A stretch of DNA of 64,000 nt from Laetmonice hystrix. Its lineage: Eukaryota. Below the pieces are notes generated by a model. That model was not told the origin of the DNA and did no database searches. It saw nothing but the letters and a program-made list of their open reading frames with translations. Shown piece by piece: positions 59,751-64,000 of this stretch. Positions within the stretch are counted from its first letter, which is position 1, and each line of letters starts with the position of its first letter. The stretch covers positions 14,942,001 to 15,006,000 of the forward strand of contig OZ249439.1 of NCBI GenBank assembly GCA_965235115.1, read 5' to 3'. A program made the position numbers and the translations under genes.

Positions 59751-61862
59751 ATGCCACAATGCTCAGCTCTTGGATGTACAAATCAAGGAGGCCATAGGTT
59801 CCCCACCAGCAAGCCTAAACTAATGAGGCAATGGGTTGTGGCTGTGAGACGAGAGGAGCCAGGGAAAAGGGGTAAGCTATGGCGCCCTGGACCAGCTGCA
59901 AGAGTCTGCTCGGACCACTTTGATGAAAGAGACTACAAAACAATGAACTATTACGGTAGGTATTTTTCCAGTAATGATGGCAGAATAATAATATTGTAGG
60001 CCTATAGATGTTCATTGACTCTGTTATATTGTGAAAAGTGGAATGGTATTAATTAATGAAGTACAGTGGCAATGTCAGTCTCGGTCACTCAACTATCTTT
60101 AGGCTTGATCAAGACTGTGGCAATGTTGGCTGTTGAGTGTTGTCTCGGCCTACGACAGACAGGAAAGTTCAAACTGTGTTACAAATATTTCAAGTGTGTA
60201 TTTCCCCTCCCCCCATTCATTTAGGTAACAAACCAGCCTACAAGCAGCTTAAAGCCGATGCAGTTCCTCATATTTTTCCGTGCTTGGGGAATAGTGCATC
60301 ACCAAGTAGCAGTGGTAGGGCTATCCGAGCTCAAAGGAAAGACATAAAAGAAAAAGAGAGAGACAGAGAAGGACAAGAAGCATGGCATGACATTGGCATG
60401 GAGGAGGAGGTATCGACCACACACGACGAGGAACCTAATGGTACAAATAAGTTTTTATTCTTGTTAAATACATGGAAAAAACATGTTAATGATCAGCCAT
60501 TGTGACAAGTTTTTCCACTTTCTCACAACTTGGCACATACACCACAGTAAACAACTGATTTGACAAATGCATTTAATTGTGATGTAAAGTAGATTCAAAT
60601 TTTAATTACTATTTACTAAATTCTGCCCACACTTTTTATTAACAGAAATGTACAAGAACACAATGATTATAATTTTACAAGTTGTATTGCTTGATGTAAT
60701 AACCGTACAATGCTAAATAACTGTCCAGAGTCTTATCCTGTTATTACTGCCTTCCAAACCATCAATTGTATCACTACACTCTATATACTCATGAACCAGA
60801 AAAATATATTTTCTATGACTTTACCAGATTTTTGTTCAGGATTTCACGCACCTGCAAGAACTACTATTTTTCGCTGAAACCCCTCATTTCCTTGTTACAG
60901 AATCATACGAAGTACAGGAAAGCCATTCTACTTCTGTAGCTGTTCAGACGGATTCCACTTCAGTGCGTCAGTTGTACAATGCCAAGAGATTTGATGACGA
61001 CACTATGCATTTCTATACTGGACTAGAAACTTATGAAAAATTTAGAATGGTGTTGGATAGCCTCGGTCGTGCTGCTCACGTTCTAGTCTACTACTACGGT
61101 GTGGAACCGCCCATCTCAGTTGAAGATCAGTTTTTCTTAACACTTATTAAATTAAGAACTCATCCAACAAACAAGGAGCTGGGAATATTTTTTGGCCTCA
61201 ATGAAAAGCAAGTGAGCAACGTTTTCATAACCTGGATAAATTTCATGTTTTGTCAGTGGGAAGAAATCGACTGGTGGCCTTCACGAAAGTTAATACAGTA
61301 TTATTTCCCTTCAGACTTTCGTTTAAAATTTCCTGCCACAAGAGTTATTGTTGATGGAACTGAGTTTCCTATAAAGAAACCCAGACAACCCGTTGCACAG
61401 CAAGCCACCTTTTCCACATACAAGAACAGAAATACCATGAAAGTTTTAGTTGGTGCAAGTCCAGGTGGTTTGGTGACCTATGTCTCACCAGCCTATGGTG
61501 GGTCAGCTAGTGACCGACAGATAGTGGAACGGTCAAGTCTCCCCCGTATGTGTGACCCTGGGGATGAAATTATGGCAGACAAAGGCTTCAACGTTGAGGA
61601 CATGTTCATTCCATACTATGTTGCTATTAATATCCCTACCTTTTTCAAGAAAAAGAACAGGATGTCAAATGAGACTGTCATTAAAGACAGGAAAATAGCA
61701 AGCAAAAGGGTCCATATTGAGAGGATTATCGGTTTGGCAAAAACATACAAGATACTTCGTGATCCTATGGTGAACATGGAATCGTCTCTTGCATCTCGTA
61801 TTGTAAGAGTTGTTTTTATTTTATGTAATTTTCGCAAGTGTATTGTACCAGAAAATGCCTAA
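59751..61862 (+). CDS. THAP-domain DDE transposase (Harbinger/ISL2EU DDE_Tnp_4), 3 exons, 460 aa
   Basis: Exons 59751-59955, 60225-60440 and 60901-61862 (phase 1/1, GT-AG, 1383 nt). THAP C2CH motifs: PQC..GC..FP..W..VCSDHF..LKADAVPHIF. HTH region: FFLTLIKLR...LGIFFGL. Catalytic motifs: VIVDGTE, MADKGF, RVHIERIIG. Confidence 0.92.
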
Positions 61863-61966
61863 CTGCAGTTTAGTTGTGCCTGTCAAAAAGTCAAAAAGTT
61901 TTAACATTAACGAAAATTAAGAAATGTCTAAATATATAGGTTGCAGAAAAGAATATTATGGTCTAA

Positions 61967-63847
61967 CTAAAAGTACTGATCATAGAACTTGTAAACATGT
62001 TTTTGCAGTAGAGCAGGCCTGAAGTAAGTGTGATAAAAGGTGTTAAGCTTGGTGACCATGTCTGTGATGAACTCCTCATCTCTTGTTATTTTACATACTT
62101 TAAAGTCCTTTAAGGTGAAAACACAAAAGTAGCACATTTTTCTACCTGAGCACAAAAGCTGGCCTTGCACTTGATAAAAGTACACGTGATTTCTGTCAAG
62201 GGTAAGCCCAGAAGTACACTTCTTTAGATATGGCACAGTGACGTGGTCGATTTGCTTGTCCTTGGCAGTGTACGGACACTTAACCTCGACAATGACTTCA
62301 GAATCAATGACTCTGTCAGGTGATGCTGCCAACCACGGAAAGTTTTCTTTTATGTATAGTCCGCATTCTTGTGTTTTTCCATGCACCTTTTCGAAATACT
62401 CCACAGCGACAGACTCGTATGCTCGCCCATAGCTTGTCGCACGACTCCTGAATTCCTTGGGCGATAGCATTTGAGTCGCGAGCTTTGCCAAATCCCTTCT
62501 TACTGTCGATTTTGCAATGCTTCCAAAATTAGAAGACGTGATTCTTTTGGATCTTTCCACCTTCCACAACTTGTTTCCTGCCTGTCCACGTGTTTTCTGT
62601 TCTATTTCTGTAGTGTCAGCCTCTGTGATATGTGATATCTGAATAAAAAAATTATTGTGGATGAGAAACATGTATAGGCCTATTCGCAACGACCTTCATT
62701 AGTAGATCTAAGACAATATATTCAATGGAACAAAATTTCCATATGAATAGGCAAACTTGCTAGTCCTACCTAATTTAGATTTCATGCATTAGTGTATGAG
62801 TGTAATGTAACAAAATTAATCTACCAGTAGATATAAAGTCATTCTATTATTTCATATCACTTGCTGTAGCCAGTAAATCAACCTGATCATAATATTAAGC
62901 CTATAAGGCGTGTTAAAAAGTACCTTTTCTCTTTTTAAAAAGGCCTCTTCAGACGACATGTCATAGTCATGCATAGTGTTGTAAGCATATGGATCCGCAG
63001 GCTGGTAGAGTTGCAGCACAGGCATCTTTCCCTCACCCTGAAAATCAATTTTCATACAAGAATCATTCAGGAAAACCTTGAAATAATTTTAATGTCTTCT
63101 ATTGCAGAGTGGCTATATATAGTAAAACCATAATTCACAGGTCAAGATTCTGATGTATTTGTTACACTATTACAATTCATACTATGTACTAATTTTACCT
63201 GGAAATTGAGTACTGTGTTTCTGAAATGGTCTGGATAAGCTGGTTGCTGCCTATAATTCTGGGGTCTTGGGTCATATTCAAACTTCTGGTTGCGCATTTC
63301 TTGGATGTGGCATGCTTTCATTGGGGAACCTTTGTAGGGTTTCGTCTGGTGGAAAGTTTGCAATCTCTGAAATATAATTTATAACAAGGTGAATAAAATG
63401 CGTGTCTATGTTGCTTTCCTTTGAGATATTTAGACTCTAAACATAGATCTATATGAAAAGGCTTATTCCAACAAAAGAATTTACTGAGAAAAAGGATAAT
63501 TTGACCAAAATCATGCAAAACAAGTGGGTTACTTTAAAAAAAAATATATTTCATTGTCCAGAGAAGTATAGGCTAAATTTACCTGTGTACATGTTTGCTC
63601 AGTGATTATGTCTCCCTGAGAAGTAAGGCAGTGTATGCCATACAGAACACAGGCCACATGTTTACAGTGTGCTGCAGGACCCTGACCAGCCGCACACTCA
63701 CACTGTGCTTCCTGGATCACCTGGTGGTCATCTACAGCCACATCCACCTTATAGGCTACACTCTTTTTCATTTCAGCCCATATGCTTCCAGTTAGGTAGA
63801 AAATCCCTTTGGCATTGGTTGGTGACATGCGAACAAATCTGAGGTAT
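61967..63847 (-). CDS. SWIM zinc finger + YqaJ (lambda-exonuclease-like) protein, 5'-partial, at least 4 exons
   Basis: Exons 63847-63583, 63366-63199, 63037-62924 and 62638-61967, all GT-AG and in frame. SWIM motif CECAAGQGPAAHCKH. YqaJ motifs: W..ERSKRITSSNFG, YGRAYE, PWLAASPD, VEVKCP, YFYQVQGQL. Confidence 0.9.
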
Positions 63848-64000
63848 CTGTAGGAAGAATACAGTGGCAATTATTGAATGTACCCATCTCAACCATGCAA
63901 GTATTTTTTACCAGGAGAGTTGATGACCCAACAGGTGTCATTTTCATATATATATGCAAAATTATGTAAGTAAAGTTTTTATTTTAATTTTGAAATACAC

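Larger units (their letters stand above)
59585..64000. mobile_element. ISL2EU-type (PHIS/PIF-Harbinger superfamily) DNA transposon, right part outside the window; left boundary uncertain
   Basis: A THAP + HTH + DDE_Tnp_4 transposase convergent with a SWIM + YqaJ exonuclease gene is the established ISL2EU two-gene architecture. TIRs cannot be confirmed because the other end is not in the window. Confidence 0.8.

Noticed and set aside
1-64000. tRNA/rRNA/snRNA genes
   Set aside because: No cloverleaf, A/B-box pair or rRNA-like conserved sequence was recognised. A tRNAscan-SE/Infernal run would be needed to exclude them formally.

Overview
Invertebrate animal genomic DNA with spliceosomal introns, about 40% GC; a lophotrochozoan, possibly a mollusc, is my inference. 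The window holds: (1) an intronless class A peptide-receptor-like GPCR (3899-5203) and a broken paralog 19 kb away that carries a near-identical patch; (2) several minisatellites, a 6-kb satellite with higher-order repeats, and MITE-like elements; (3) a 27-exon minus-strand gene that I assembled by hand (25675-39832, 1782 aa, all splice phases consistent), encoding signal peptide-(C-type lectin + atypical short sushi)x6-(sushi)x8-Cys-rich terminal domain, with two of its splice sites tandemly amplified and two of its exons nearly identical only within exon borders; (4) a cluster of five intronless 300-360 aa genes (42.4-52.6 kb), three of them divergent paralogs of a family I cannot name; (5) the first exon of a probable ANF-receptor-domain (NPR/receptor guanylyl cyclase-like) gene; (6) an ISL2EU-type (PHIS superfamily) DNA transposon with an intact spliced THAP-DDE transposase and a convergent spliced SWIM + YqaJ exonuclease gene that runs off the window end. 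No rRNA, tRNA or CRISPR array could be supported.
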